Position numbers and translations under genes: made by a program. The notes under the pieces are model-generated. The model was not told where the DNA came from, made no database searches, and saw only the letters and a list, made by a program, of their open reading frames with translations. This document shows positions 17,943 through 26,851 of a DNA stretch of 64,000 nucleotides, in pieces. Source of the DNA: a virus (Duplodnaviria > Caudoviricetes); IMG/VR virus record IMGVR_UViG_3300032373_001170, positions 1-64,000 of that record. One strand, written 5' to 3'. The first letter of the stretch is position 1; every line of letters begins with the position of its first letter.

Positions 17943-19052
17943 ATGGAGTGTGACATGATTGGATTTAATGTAGGTGATTTACTTAACTCTCTTAATGTAG
18001 TTGGTTTGGCGAAACCATCAAGGGAGGTGATACCTATTCTCGGTAATGTTTATATTAATTATGGTGCCAATTCACATTTGCTAGTAACAGATATGGATGT
18101 TCAGTTAGCTAGCCGAATTGATATCTCTCGCAGTGATTTAAGTGGTAGCTTGTTGCTACCACTTGGTAAGCTAGTTGGCATTTGTAAAGTGCATGATAAG
18201 AGTGAAGATGGGGTTATCAATATCGGGGCCAATAATCTCTCTATTCGAATAGGTGTGGGGCGATATACGTTTAATAAAGTTTCTCCTGATGATTTTCCTG
18301 TCCAGGTTTCAAGAGAGGATGAGGAGTCGCTGTGTCCAAGTATATCATCACCGCTTATGAAAAAATGCGTGCAACTCGTCGAGCATGCTCAAGCAATCAA
18401 TGACGTTAGATACTATCTCAACGGGATTCACTTTGAGGTTATTGATAACGTTATGCATGTAGTAGCAACCGACGGACATCGCTTAGCCTATTTTAGGATG
18501 GATGTGGATATGAAAAACACTAATTTCACAGTGCCGAAAAAAGGAGTTGAGGTTTTAAAAAAAGCACTTGACCAGGAGGAGCAAGTGGAGATCAAGGTTG
18601 GAAATAAAAGCATTGAGATTGTCGGGGAACAGGTATCCGCAAGATCAAATCTAGTGGATTGCCGGTACCCTGATTACAGGCAATTTTTTAAGCAGAAAGG
18701 CGACTTAAAGGTGCTTGTGAAAAGAGCAGATCTGGTCAATGGCTTAAGACGAGCTGTTATTATTTTGGATCTCAAGAGACGAGCTATCAAACTCACGTTT
18801 GACAAAGACAAGATAGAAATATTTGCCACGAATGCTGCAGGCGAAACGGCTGACGATGATGTGCCGTGCTCGATGAGTAAGAATATAAAGCTGGAGCGTG
18901 GTTTTAATCCAGAGTACATCCTTGATGCGATCAGTGTTATCGGCTCAGAAAACATTGAGATGTGGATAGATCCCAATAGTGATAGCGGTCTAGTTATTAT
19001 GGGTGAGGGCGATGAATCATACGCTGCGGTAGTGATGCAGATGCGATTGTAG
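17943..19052 (+). CDS. dnaN: DNA polymerase III beta sliding clamp homologue
   Basis: PILGNV, DVRYYLNGIHF, VATDGHRLA, YPDYRQ, GFNPEYILDAI, VVMQMRL. Confidence 0.92.
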   Translation: MECDMIGFNVGDLLNSLNVVGLAKPSREVIPILGNVYINYGANSHLLVTDMDVQLASRIDISRSDLSGSLLLPLGKLVGICKVHDKSEDGVINIGANNLSIRIGVGRYTFNKVSPDDFPVQVSREDEESLCPSISSPLMKKCVQLVEHAQAINDVRYYLNGIHFEVIDNVMHVVATDGHRLAYFRMDVDMKNTNFTVPKKGVEVLKKALDQEEQVEIKVGNKSIEIVGEQVSARSNLVDCRYPDYRQFFKQKGDLKVLVKRADLVNGLRRAVIILDLKRRAIKLTFDKDKIEIFATNAAGETADDDVPCSMSKNIKLERGFNPEYILDAISVIGSENIEMWIDPNSDSGLVIMGEGDESYAAVVMQMRL

Positions 19053-19062
19053 GTGAAGATCG

Positions 19063-19230
19063 ATGCTTAATATTCCTCAGCTTAAAGGTGGCATGTGCGC
19101 AAAATGCAAAGATAGAGACGAAGACTGTAGTCATTTGCCGTTTTACAAAATGCCGGTGATAAAAAAGGAAGAAGATGCGACTAACGTCAAGCGCAGTTCG
19201 TCCAGCCGCCCAGAAAAGCCAAAGAATTAG
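19063..19230 (+). CDS. Small Cys-containing phage protein
   Basis: 55 aa MLNIPQLKGGMCAKCKDRDEDCSHLPFYKMPVI..; below the track cutoff. Confidence 0.45.
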   Translation: MLNIPQLKGGMCAKCKDRDEDCSHLPFYKMPVIKKEEDATNVKRSSSSRPEKPKN

Positions 19231-19312
19231 TGTGCGAAATGATATGGCTAAAGATGATTTGCGACGACTGGTTAATTTCGATTGTACTAGATAGATTCTA
19301 TGGAGGTAATTA

Positions 19313-19501
19313 ATGGAGGATTGGATGGACGATTACGCGCAAATGATAGCAGACTGCATTAAGCGAGAGCCTAGGATGTCTGAATGGGAGCAGGGCTTTA
19401 TTCAGTCGATTAACGATCAAGTTAATAGGGGGAAATCATTAACACCAAATCAAATTAGCAAGCTAAATAGTATTTGGGAAAAAGTCACAGAGAAAGGTTG
19501 A
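19313..19501 (+). CDS. Hypothetical phage protein
   Basis: 62 aa; SD GGAGG; MSEWEQGFIQSI..LTPNQ..L..IW. Confidence 0.7.
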   Translation: MEDWMDDYAQMIADCIKREPRMSEWEQGFIQSINDQVNRGKSLTPNQISKLNSIWEKVTEKG

Positions 19502-19513
19502 TTTGAAAATTTT

Positions 19514-19720
19514 ATGCATGAATTTATCGATCAATCTTATCACGGTTTTGGAAGGTGGAAGCAATGCGTGAATTGCGGAGCTACGCGGCATAGTGGTTTG
19601 TATTGGTTAGGTGGCTACAAATCAAAGGTAAAACCACCATGCACTATAAACCATGATAACGAATTCAAAAAGTGGATTGATAATGCACTTGACGCAATAG
19701 ACGGAGAAGATGATGCCTAG
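19514..19720 (+). CDS. Hypothetical phage protein
   Basis: 68 aa with CVNC. Confidence 0.55.
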   Translation: MHEFIDQSYHGFGRWKQCVNCGATRHSGLYWLGGYKSKVKPPCTINHDNEFKKWIDNALDAIDGEDDA

Positions 19721-20057
19721 AAATATGAGCTTCGCTCTTACTAAAGAGCAAATAAAGAATAGAACCAAATTTGTGACCAGACGTTTTGGTTGGCTTTTCT
19801 TAAAACCCGGTGATGTTTTAAATGCTGTAGAGAAGTCTATGGGGCTGAAGAAAGGTGAAAAAGTGAAAAAACTTGCGCTTATCCGAGTGATTTCTGTCGG
19901 AGAGGAGCCTCTAAGTGAAATCACAAAGGAAGATTGCATCCTGGAAGGCTTTCCAGATTACGAACCTGTAGATTTCGTGAATATGATGATCGATCATTCT
20001 CAGGGGAAAGTTAAGCCTGACGATGAAGCAAATAGGATTGAGTTTGAATACATTTAG
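19710..20057 (+). CDS. ASCH-domain protein
   Basis: MSFALT..I..RTK.VTRR.GW..LKPGD...EITKEDCILEGF. Confidence 0.8.
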   Translation: MMPRNMSFALTKEQIKNRTKFVTRRFGWLFLKPGDVLNAVEKSMGLKKGEKVKKLALIRVISVGEEPLSEITKEDCILEGFPDYEPVDFVNMMIDHSQGKVKPDDEANRIEFEYI

Positions 20058-20102
20058 TTCTTCATTCAGTTAGCTTGAGGAATTTGCATTGGGGTTTTTA
20101 TT

Positions 20103-20351
20103 ATGAATATTTACGACAGTCAAAAGTGGGGCGTTTACATTGCTGGCCCAGGGAATGTGTTAGCAGCGAATACATTTGAGGAAGCTACAGAAAAAGCGGC
20201 AGAATTAAACAAGATAGTTGTTGACCACATAAAATCAAATTATTCAGGCGGCAACTACCCCATTGTTTTTGCTAATGTTGATAGATGGGAAAATATATCA
20301 AAGTTCGAGCACAGCCCAAGCGAAACAGATTGGGAAAATGCGTTTTCGTAA
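20103..20351 (+). CDS. Hypothetical phage protein
   Basis: 82 aa; stop lies in a TAAC core-like context. Confidence 0.65.
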   Translation: MNIYDSQKWGVYIAGPGNVLAANTFEEATEKAAELNKIVVDHIKSNYSGGNYPIVFANVDRWENISKFEHSPSETDWENAFS

Positions 20352-20378
20352 CGCATCTATATGGATAAGGACTAGAGC

Positions 20379-20558
20379 ATGCCCGTGATAAATGTAGAGT
20401 GTCAAAATGAAGAATGCACAAAATATAATGATTACGAATGCGAGTGGGAATCCTGTGCCGAAGGCTCCACTCATGTTTGCGAATGTGATTGCGGGACTAA
20501 AGCGCAATTCACTATCAGTTACCCGGATCCAATTGCTGATGAAGAGCAAGCAATTTAG
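20379..20558 (+). CDS. Small Cys-rich acidic protein (Zn-ribbon-like)
   Basis: 59 aa MPVINVECQNEEC...CECDCG; fills the gap exactly; below the track cutoff. Confidence 0.55.
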   Translation: MPVINVECQNEECTKYNDYECEWESCAEGSTHVCECDCGTKAQFTISYPDPIADEEQAI

Positions 20559-20598
20559 TTTTGGCGTATAGGCTGTATTTATGCAAACAGAGGATCCT

Positions 20599-21342
20599 AT
20601 GATGGGTGATAAAACAGGAATAAGTTGGACTGACCACACATTTAATCCGTGGTGGGGATGCACGAAAATAGCGCGAGGCTGCGACAATTGTTATGCAGCA
20701 ACGCTGGATAAACGAACAGGTGGTGACTACTGGGATGTGAATCAAAAGCCTCGCAGAACAAGCAAGACTAACTGGCGTAAAGTGCTGACCTGGCATAACC
20801 AGGCAGTCAAAGAAAACCGACGACATCGTGTCTTTTGTGGCTCCATGATGGACTGGTGTGATAAGGATGCGCCAGAGGGTGCGTTAACCGATCTCTTTGA
20901 GTTGATAAAGACAACACCCATGTTGGATTGGCAGTTACTCACTAAGCGCGCCACCCTTATTAAACATAGGTTGCCTGATGATTGGGGGACCGGTTACGAC
21001 AACGTTTGGCTTGGTGTGACAGTGGAAGATCAGGAATATGGCAAACCCAGAATTGATGCTCTTCGGAACATACCTGCAAAAGTAAGATTTATAAGTGCGG
21101 AGCCATTGCTAGAAGATCTTGGTGATATATGCCTAGCTAATATTGATTGGTGCATTATCGGTGGGGAGTCAGGGCCTGGGTTTAGAGCCATGAAAGAGGA
21201 TTGGGCAATTAAATTAGCGTTATATTGCAAGTCGTTCAGTGTTGCAATTTGGTTCAAACAGCATGGCGGTAACTCACGCGATAAAGGTGGCGATATGCTT
21301 GGTGGTCGTGAATTCAAGAACTGGCCTAGATCTGCTGTTTAG
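20599..21342 (+). CDS. DUF5131 / phage Gp37Gp68 family (radical-SAM-like)
   Basis: ISWTDHTFNPWWGCTKIARGCDNCYA (CX6CX2C), WQLLTKR, NVWLGVTVE, RFISAEPLL, WCIIGGESG, FKQHGG. Confidence 0.9.
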   Translation: MMGDKTGISWTDHTFNPWWGCTKIARGCDNCYAATLDKRTGGDYWDVNQKPRRTSKTNWRKVLTWHNQAVKENRRHRVFCGSMMDWCDKDAPEGALTDLFELIKTTPMLDWQLLTKRATLIKHRLPDDWGTGYDNVWLGVTVEDQEYGKPRIDALRNIPAKVRFISAEPLLEDLGDICLANIDWCIIGGESGPGFRAMKEDWAIKLALYCKSFSVAIWFKQHGGNSRDKGGDMLGGREFKNWPRSAV

Positions 21343-21374
21343 TGTGAATTTTAGATATTAGTTTTATAAAAGGA

Positions 21375-21719
21375 TTGAAAATGAAAGCATCAGTTAAAGT
21401 AATGAGATCGTATGACTACAATCATTTCGAAGTATCATTGTCTTCTGAAGAAGTTTCATCTTTAGAAGAGGTGGACGATCTGAGAAAGAGTGCTGCCAGA
21501 CTAGTTGATAAGGCCGTCATTCAATATCAAACCTCCAAAAACCATGCGTTAAGAATTCCGGATCAAGAGTTATCTAGGCAAGCAAAAATAATTACGGAGA
21601 ATCATCCGAAATCTGAGTGGACAGAAGAGCAAAAAGCGATAATCAAAAAGCATGAAGATGATATGTACTGGTCTAATCGAATATTTGATTATGAAGACGA
21701 GTGGGATGTAGATAATTAG
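21375..21719 (+). CDS. Hypothetical phage protein
   Basis: 114 aa ORF in operon. Confidence 0.65.
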   Translation: MKMKASVKVMRSYDYNHFEVSLSSEEVSSLEEVDDLRKSAARLVDKAVIQYQTSKNHALRIPDQELSRQAKIITENHPKSEWTEEQKAIIKKHEDDMYWSNRIFDYEDEWDVDN

Positions 21720-21741
21720 ACGAGCGCCAGCGGGAAAGATA

Positions 21742-21999
21742 ATGAGTGCTGTCACTGATAAGGGTGGAAGTATAGGTGATGTTTGTGGTGTGGAGTGTCC
21801 AGCGTGGGTGATGTTTGGCGGTGAGCGCTATGATTACTGCCGAGAAGCTTATTACGAAGATATAGGTGGAGTGCTACGCTGCCAGATGACCGATGGAGAA
21901 ATTCACCTGTCTCCTGGAGTGGTTTACAGAAAAGCTGACAAAAACACTGAAGCGCCATGCTGCGCTGGTGAGTGTGAATACTGTATTGGCGACTATTAA
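21742..21999 (+). CDS. Hypothetical phage protein
   Basis: 85 aa, Cys-rich C-terminus. Confidence 0.55.
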   Translation: MSAVTDKGGSIGDVCGVECPAWVMFGGERYDYCREAYYEDIGGVLRCQMTDGEIHLSPGVVYRKADKNTEAPCCAGECEYCIGDY

Positions 22000-22038
22000 T
22001 AAGCCAGGTTTAAAGGGGAGACATAAAGGAGATGCAAT

Positions 22039-22245
22039 TTGAAAATTAGCAAAGTTATTGAGCGATTGGAGCAAGTGAAAAAAGCTGAAGGAGATATCGA
22101 AGTAACAGGAACATCATCGTTTTTACCGGATGGATACAGCCGAGATGACGGGCCTATTGCTGATGTATTTGAAAGTACCATTGAGAATTTCGTGATTGTG
22201 AATGATTCATCGGGATTAGGTCGCAGAGTTAGGCTGTTTTTATAG
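22039..22245 (+). CDS. Hypothetical phage protein
   Basis: 68 aa; SD AAGGAG upstream. Confidence 0.6.
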   Translation: MKISKVIERLEQVKKAEGDIEVTGTSSFLPDGYSRDDGPIADVFESTIENFVIVNDSSGLGRRVRLFL

Positions 22246-22267
22246 CGCGACGCTAGGTATTGAGTGA

Positions 22268-22771
22268 TTGCTATATTTTTGGAGAATTCAGTTGATAACA
22301 AATAGCTACCAGCCAACTCATCGTCAATTGTGTGATAGAGCAGCTTATTGGTTGCAACAAAGCAGAAATTGTAAGCTGGTTTTAGTGGAGCGAAATTCTG
22401 GAATGGGCGGTGAAGAGCCTGACGCTATTGGATGGACACCTTGCGGGTATAGCTATTTAGTTGAAGCTAAAGTATCGAGAGCTGATTTTTTAGCTGACGC
22501 TAAAAAGCCTCACCGAAAAAAACCACAAAGTGGAATGGGAAAAAGTCGCTTTTTACTGTGCCCTAAAGGAATGATTCAACCTGAAGAAACGCCTGAAGGC
22601 TGGGGTTTGCTCTGGGCTACTGAGCATCAAATTAGGCTTAAAAATCACGACGATTTGGTTAACAAAGGTGAATTCGAGATTGATCAAAAAAAGGAAATGC
22701 AAATGCTTATCCATTCTTACCGAATGGTAAAGCTTGGCGTGATGATTGTGCCGATTGGAAACGAAATTTGA
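22268..22771 (+). CDS. PD-(D/E)xK nuclease-like (MmcB-like) protein
   Basis: EEPDAIGW..YLVEAKVSRADFLAD.KKPHR..PEGWGLL; start uncertain. Confidence 0.65.
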   Translation: MLYFWRIQLITNSYQPTHRQLCDRAAYWLQQSRNCKLVLVERNSGMGGEEPDAIGWTPCGYSYLVEAKVSRADFLADAKKPHRKKPQSGMGKSRFLLCPKGMIQPEETPEGWGLLWATEHQIRLKNHDDLVNKGEFEIDQKKEMQMLIHSYRMVKLGVMIVPIGNEI

Positions 22772-22830
22772 AGACAATAGATTTCTCAAGATACCGAGAA
22801 CCGTTATTTTAACAATCCGAGACCGAAAAC

Positions 22831-23334
22831 ATGAGTGAAACCGCCAATCTAGAATCAAGAAGTGCATTAGCTGCTACCAGAGAAGATGTTGTCATATCGC
22901 CCTGCTCTATGACTACATCACAAAACGAAAATGACGTAGCTGAAGGTCAATCCGTCTCTAAGCCATTGCTAGATTTTGCCTACTCATTGGACGACGAAAG
23001 ATATACAGATTTTGAAAGTATCGTGGACGAAGTTAATTCCGATTATCCAGCAGGTAAAGCAGTGATAATAAGCAAAGGCGAAAAAATACAATACTCTCAC
23101 AGTGATTTCATCAACATCGATGTATTTTTTGAGCTTTTGAATGAAGCAGCTTACGAGGAATGCGGGGAGTATGGCGAAGACTATATGTGCAAAGTAGATA
23201 AAGAAAAGCGCGATGAGCTGAAAAAGATTATATCAGAATGGTTGGGTGAGAATTTTGAAGCGCCCAACTTCTTTACTGTTAAAAACATAACAAAAATGGA
23301 AGTGGTTGCTGTTTGCGCGCCAGAAACTAAATGA
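22831..23334 (+). CDS. Acidic hypothetical phage protein
   Basis: 167 aa ORF. Confidence 0.65.
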   Translation: MSETANLESRSALAATREDVVISPCSMTTSQNENDVAEGQSVSKPLLDFAYSLDDERYTDFESIVDEVNSDYPAGKAVIISKGEKIQYSHSDFINIDVFFELLNEAAYEECGEYGEDYMCKVDKEKRDELKKIISEWLGENFEAPNFFTVKNITKMEVVAVCAPETK

Positions 23335-23690
23335 ATAAAGAAGTGCTGGACTGCATAGATCGGCTGAAGGAGGTGTTCCCGAAATCGTTTATTTACAAGA
23401 ATGACGAGCTGATAGTTGAGCCGAAGAACAATATCTACTTCCGAATTGATGACGTGGAAAGTGAAATCGATTTTAAGTGCAAGATTGTCGAATGGCTATC
23501 TAGGCCAGCACACAAAGGGCTTAGCAAGTGGTGGCAAAGTAGAATTAGAAGCGGGATGAATAAGTTTCTCGGGACAGCGTTCACGCCTGAAGAAATGAGC
23601 ACAATTTACACCCACCTTGGATGCTGCTGCAATCGACAAAAAACAAAGGTCTTTATCTTATCTGGATACGATGTTGGTACATTGGCATAA
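23331..23690 (+). CDS. Hypothetical phage protein
   Basis: 119 aa; stop lies in GCATAAC core. Confidence 0.7.
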   Translation: MNKEVLDCIDRLKEVFPKSFIYKNDELIVEPKNNIYFRIDDVESEIDFKCKIVEWLSRPAHKGLSKWWQSRIRSGMNKFLGTAFTPEEMSTIYTHLGCCCNRQKTKVFILSGYDVGTLA

Positions 23691-23810
23691 CGGTTTAGCT
23701 TACTCGTGCTGTGCGAACTGGAGATTAAACGATGGCAACTGAAACAAGAGAACAACCAAGCAACAGCGAAACGTCGATACGTAGCGTTGATGTAGAGCCT
23801 GCTGTAATGC
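23685..23810 (-). repeat. Degenerate attC-like element
   Basis: GCATAAC-GGTTTAGCT...GTAGAGCCTGCT-GTAATGC (core one mismatch from GTTATGC); contains the SD and ATG of the next gene. Confidence 0.5.
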
Positions 23811-24016
23811 CTACCGCTCATCAGGGCGCAGCGGTTGGAGCACTCAGGATCGCACTGTTGGCGATGGATGAAGCACAGAGACATATCGAAAGCCACTATC
23901 TAAATGACCTGATTTTAAATCGAACCGACTATATTGAGAAACAAGCAGAACTCAACAATATGCGCTTAGCAGCAGCCGAAGCATTAAAGCCTATGTGGAA
24001 AATTGTTGAGGTGTAA
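23732..24016 (+). CDS. Hypothetical phage protein
   Basis: 94 aa; starts inside the attC-like element; stop lies in GTGTAAC. Confidence 0.6.
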   Translation: MATETREQPSNSETSIRSVDVEPAVMPTAHQGAAVGALRIALLAMDEAQRHIESHYLNDLILNRTDYIEKQAELNNMRLAAAEALKPMWKIVEV

Positions 24017-24042
24017 CGTCGCAACTAACAGGAAACAAGCAC

Positions 24043-24237
24043 ATGAGTATTCAGCCCTGGAAACACCCTCCATTAAATGAATGGTCTATTTGCGGAATGA
24101 ACCACTACCACGTTGACGGTGAAAAACGCTTATTTGTATCAATGACAAAAGATGGTAAATGCATTACTGAAGAAGGTGCTGACAACGAATATTTATGGAA
24201 TCGCCTTTGGCATAAAGCTGATATGGGGAGAAAATAA
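24043..24237 (+). CDS. Hypothetical phage protein
   Basis: 64 aa; stop overlaps the next start (TAATG). Confidence 0.65.
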   Translation: MSIQPWKHPPLNEWSICGMNHYHVDGEKRLFVSMTKDGKCITEEGADNEYLWNRLWHKADMGRK

Positions 24238-24515
24238 TGTCAAACACAATACCACCAATAACAAACCCATTAGGGAAACACTGGCAGCAACCCAAGGTCA
24301 GCGAAATTGAAATTGATGATAAATATGCAGTAATGGAAAAGAGTGCATTCAATAAGTTACTTGAGTATTCAACATCAACACCATCTGGTGTGTATATCGG
24401 CAAAATGTGGAAGGGTCAGTACTCAAATGGAAAATGGTATCTAGCTTGGTTTAGTAAAGGTGATGATGCTGGAACGTACTTGAACAATAACTATAGAATT
24501 ATATTAGGCGTATAA
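24237..24515 (+). CDS. Hypothetical phage protein
   Basis: 92 aa; stop lies in GTATAAC core. Confidence 0.7.
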   Translation: MSNTIPPITNPLGKHWQQPKVSEIEIDDKYAVMEKSAFNKLLEYSTSTPSGVYIGKMWKGQYSNGKWYLAWFSKGDDAGTYLNNNYRIILGV

Positions 24516-24580
24516 CAAATAAGCTCATTTGTTGCGAACGATGTACGAGTGAATAATAAATGTGAAGCGCCTGGTTATGG
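24510..24580 (-). repeat. attC-like site (71 bp)
   Basis: Minus strand CCATAAC-CAGGC-GCTTCACATTTATTA...CAACAAATGAGC-TTATTT-GTTATAC. Confidence 0.75.
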
Positions 24581-24594
24581 CGCGTGGAGGAATA

Positions 24595-25500
24595 ATGACA
24601 CAGATTAACCGAACTGGAAGGGTTGTTTTTGGCGATGTCTCTTTGAGTGTATGGGAAGAAGGGCTTGGCGGGTCATTGCAAGAGCGCGCAGCCTGGGAAA
24701 AGTCTTTTAAAAGACAGGTATTCAAGCGGATCATTCAAACATTAAACCGCATAGGTTGGAAATGCGTTATCCCTCAGGATGACATTGATCAGTATGGCCA
24801 GCGATTTGCTGAGGGACGACGCTACTGTGTCAAGGGTAATCTGAAAGCCGACTTATCTATTGCAGGCAGGCACATCGAGCTCAAGATGTTCCAGAATACT
24901 AATGCCCCTGATCGCCCAGACCATGAAGGGCGCTATCAGTTCGATAAAGAGAGGCACATGCCTTACGTAATGCGCCTGGAGATGGAGCGATCCAGGCGGA
25001 AGATTAAAGCTTATTTGTGCAATGTATTCTCCGGGTATGAGTTTAAATCTGATAAAAATGATGGGCGATCAAATAAATGCGGACCAAGTCACATGACAGC
25101 GATGGAATGGCTTGACGGGTGCTACAAGACAAGCTGTCACTTTAAAGGCGACCTAACTACATATCAAATTAGTAACTACAACAGAAAGTCAGCTAATGAC
25201 ACTTTATTGAAGCATGGCCAGCGCGTCTGGTTTGCTGATCGAAAAGGGAGAATTTGCACCGGTATTGCTTACTACAACATTAATAATATGTGGTGGGTGA
25301 TAACTGGGAAATACGATCATACAAACATGGGCTCACACAAACTCTTCACCGTACAACCTGAGAACATTCGGCAGAAGCGGAATGAAAGACAGAGAGAGGC
25401 AAAACTAAAGAACCTATTAGCTGAATCAGTAGAAGCTATGAAATTCGAGCGATCCGTACAACTGCGTGATCTATTGTATCCGGCTGCGATAGCGCCATAA
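24595..25500 (+). CDS. Hypothetical phage protein (cassette-borne)
   Basis: 301 aa from ATG 24595 with SD GGAGG; bounded by GTTATGG and CCATAAC. Confidence 0.8.
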   Translation: MTQINRTGRVVFGDVSLSVWEEGLGGSLQERAAWEKSFKRQVFKRIIQTLNRIGWKCVIPQDDIDQYGQRFAEGRRYCVKGNLKADLSIAGRHIELKMFQNTNAPDRPDHEGRYQFDKERHMPYVMRLEMERSRRKIKAYLCNVFSGYEFKSDKNDGRSNKCGPSHMTAMEWLDGCYKTSCHFKGDLTTYQISNYNRKSANDTLLKHGQRVWFADRKGRICTGIAYYNINNMWWVITGKYDHTNMGSHKLFTVQPENIRQKRNERQREAKLKNLLAESVEAMKFERSVQLRDLLYPAAIAP

Positions 25501-25556
25501 CACCCGGCAATAAAGCGCCGACGCTTAAGGAGGTCGCGTTGATTGCTTGGTTATAC
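25495..25556 (-). repeat. attC-like site (62 bp)
   Basis: Minus strand GTATAAC-CAAGCAATCAACGCGAC..GTCGGCGCTTTATTGCCGGGT-GTTATGG. Confidence 0.82.
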
Positions 25557-26274
25557 GAATTTTGAGGAAGATAATATGAGAGACTATTTTTATCAAATCA
25601 AAGGAAAGGACTCTAGCGAATACGCGAATTCCCCCTGGGCTTGGCCTCCTCTATTTTGCGGAAAAGTATCCGCTCAAGACAAAAAGGAAGCTAAGCTAAT
25701 TATTGAAGAAGAATACTGTAGAAAATTCCCTCTTAGAGTGCTTCGTAAAGATTTGGAGCAGAATCATTACCTGCTAAATATACGGGAGATAGCTGAGAAC
25801 GACCAGCGGACCCGCGATCTTTTTAATTCTAACGAATGCCAGCAGTGCGGCAAGAAGTTTAGACGAATCGATCTTTACAATGACCATAACGAATCATATA
25901 AAGGTAGCGAATACTGCAGTCAAGAATGCAAGCAGACTTATCTTGAATTAAATCGTGTTGTTGAGTTGGATGTGACCGGGAATGGTAAGCCGGTAATATA
26001 CCGAATACGCAACATCAAAACTGATATGTCCTATGTAGGTAAAACCACTCAAGTATTTACATTACGTTGGTACCAACATTTCTACCAAGGAGGAGCTTGT
26101 AAGTTTCATCAAGCTATAAAAGATTCAAATCTCGACGAATGGGAATTTAGAATTCTGGAAATAGTGGATATATCGGATGCGGCTTGTCGAGGTCAACTAA
26201 TCGCTGATAGAGAGCGTTTCTGGATTAAAACATTAGACACTATTGAATGCGGCTATAACAGTGCATTCGTATAA
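25543..26274 (+). CDS. GIY-YIG nuclease-domain protein with Cys-rich linker (cassette-borne)
   Basis: VIYRIRN..SYVGKT..RWYQH..EFRILE..ERFWI..GYN; CQQC and CSQEC motifs; start TTG 25543 or ATG 25576. Confidence 0.82.
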   Translation: MLGYTNFEEDNMRDYFYQIKGKDSSEYANSPWAWPPLFCGKVSAQDKKEAKLIIEEEYCRKFPLRVLRKDLEQNHYLLNIREIAENDQRTRDLFNSNECQQCGKKFRRIDLYNDHNESYKGSEYCSQECKQTYLELNRVVELDVTGNGKPVIYRIRNIKTDMSYVGKTTQVFTLRWYQHFYQGGACKFHQAIKDSNLDEWEFRILEIVDISDAACRGQLIADRERFWIKTLDTIECGYNSAFV

Positions 26275-26396
26275 CGAAAAACGTAACCTGTTCACTACCG
26301 TAACTTTGAACAGGTAAACGACGATGAATTTTAACCAAGGCAAGCACCACAACGAAACCACGCGGTAGTGAATCTGCGTTGACGTGCTTGTTATAT
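26269..26396 (-). repeat. attC-like site (128 bp)
   Basis: Minus strand begins ATATAAC-AAGCACGTCAACGCAGA; 10-bp inner stem TTCACTACCG/CGGTAGTGAA; ends GTTATAC. Confidence 0.82.
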
Positions 26397-26419
26397 TTTT
26401 TGAGGTGTGAGGGTGATTA

Positions 26420-26662
26420 ATGATTACTGATAAAATCGAAATATTACACAAGGCCGTGCTAGATGGTTTTGAAGTCAGGCAGTTTGGCCGAAACAACAAC
26501 CCGCACATAAGAGCCGAATTGCAAAATTTTAGTACAGGGGAAACCATAGAGTGTAGCTCTAAAGCAGTCTTGGAGCTTGAGCGAGATAATATGCTAATTC
26601 TAGATTGCTGCGCTGGTGGATCTGAATATGCTCTACAGCCTGCATTTAGAAAAGGAGATTGA
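26420..26662 (+). CDS. Hypothetical phage protein
   Basis: 80 aa; SD GAGG upstream. Confidence 0.6.
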   Translation: MITDKIEILHKAVLDGFEVRQFGRNNNPHIRAELQNFSTGETIECSSKAVLELERDNMLILDCCAGGSEYALQPAFRKGD

Positions 26663-26665
26663 GCA

Positions 26666-26851
26666 ATGCCAACTTACCAAATTGAAAGAGATATCACAGA
26701 AGCCAACGGGACTCAGACATTTACAGTCGAGGCAGAAAATGAATTCGAAGCAAGGGAGAAGTTTGCAGACGGCGCCGGCAAATTGATCGACGAGGAGCTG
26801 AATGCCGAAGGGTTAGAACCCGTAGACACATGTGAAGTTTACGAAATATAA
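26666..26851 (+). CDS. Small acidic hypothetical protein
   Basis: 61 aa; stop lies in ATATAAC 26846-26852. Confidence 0.65.
   Translation: MPTYQIERDITEANGTQTFTVEAENEFEAREKFADGAGKLIDEELNAEGLEPVDTCEVYEI

Noticed and set aside
22800-22980. Further attC remnants in the N-terminus of the 22831 ORF (GATGTTGTCAT, CCATTGCTAG)
   Set aside because: Cores are too degenerate and no convincing L-box pairing was found
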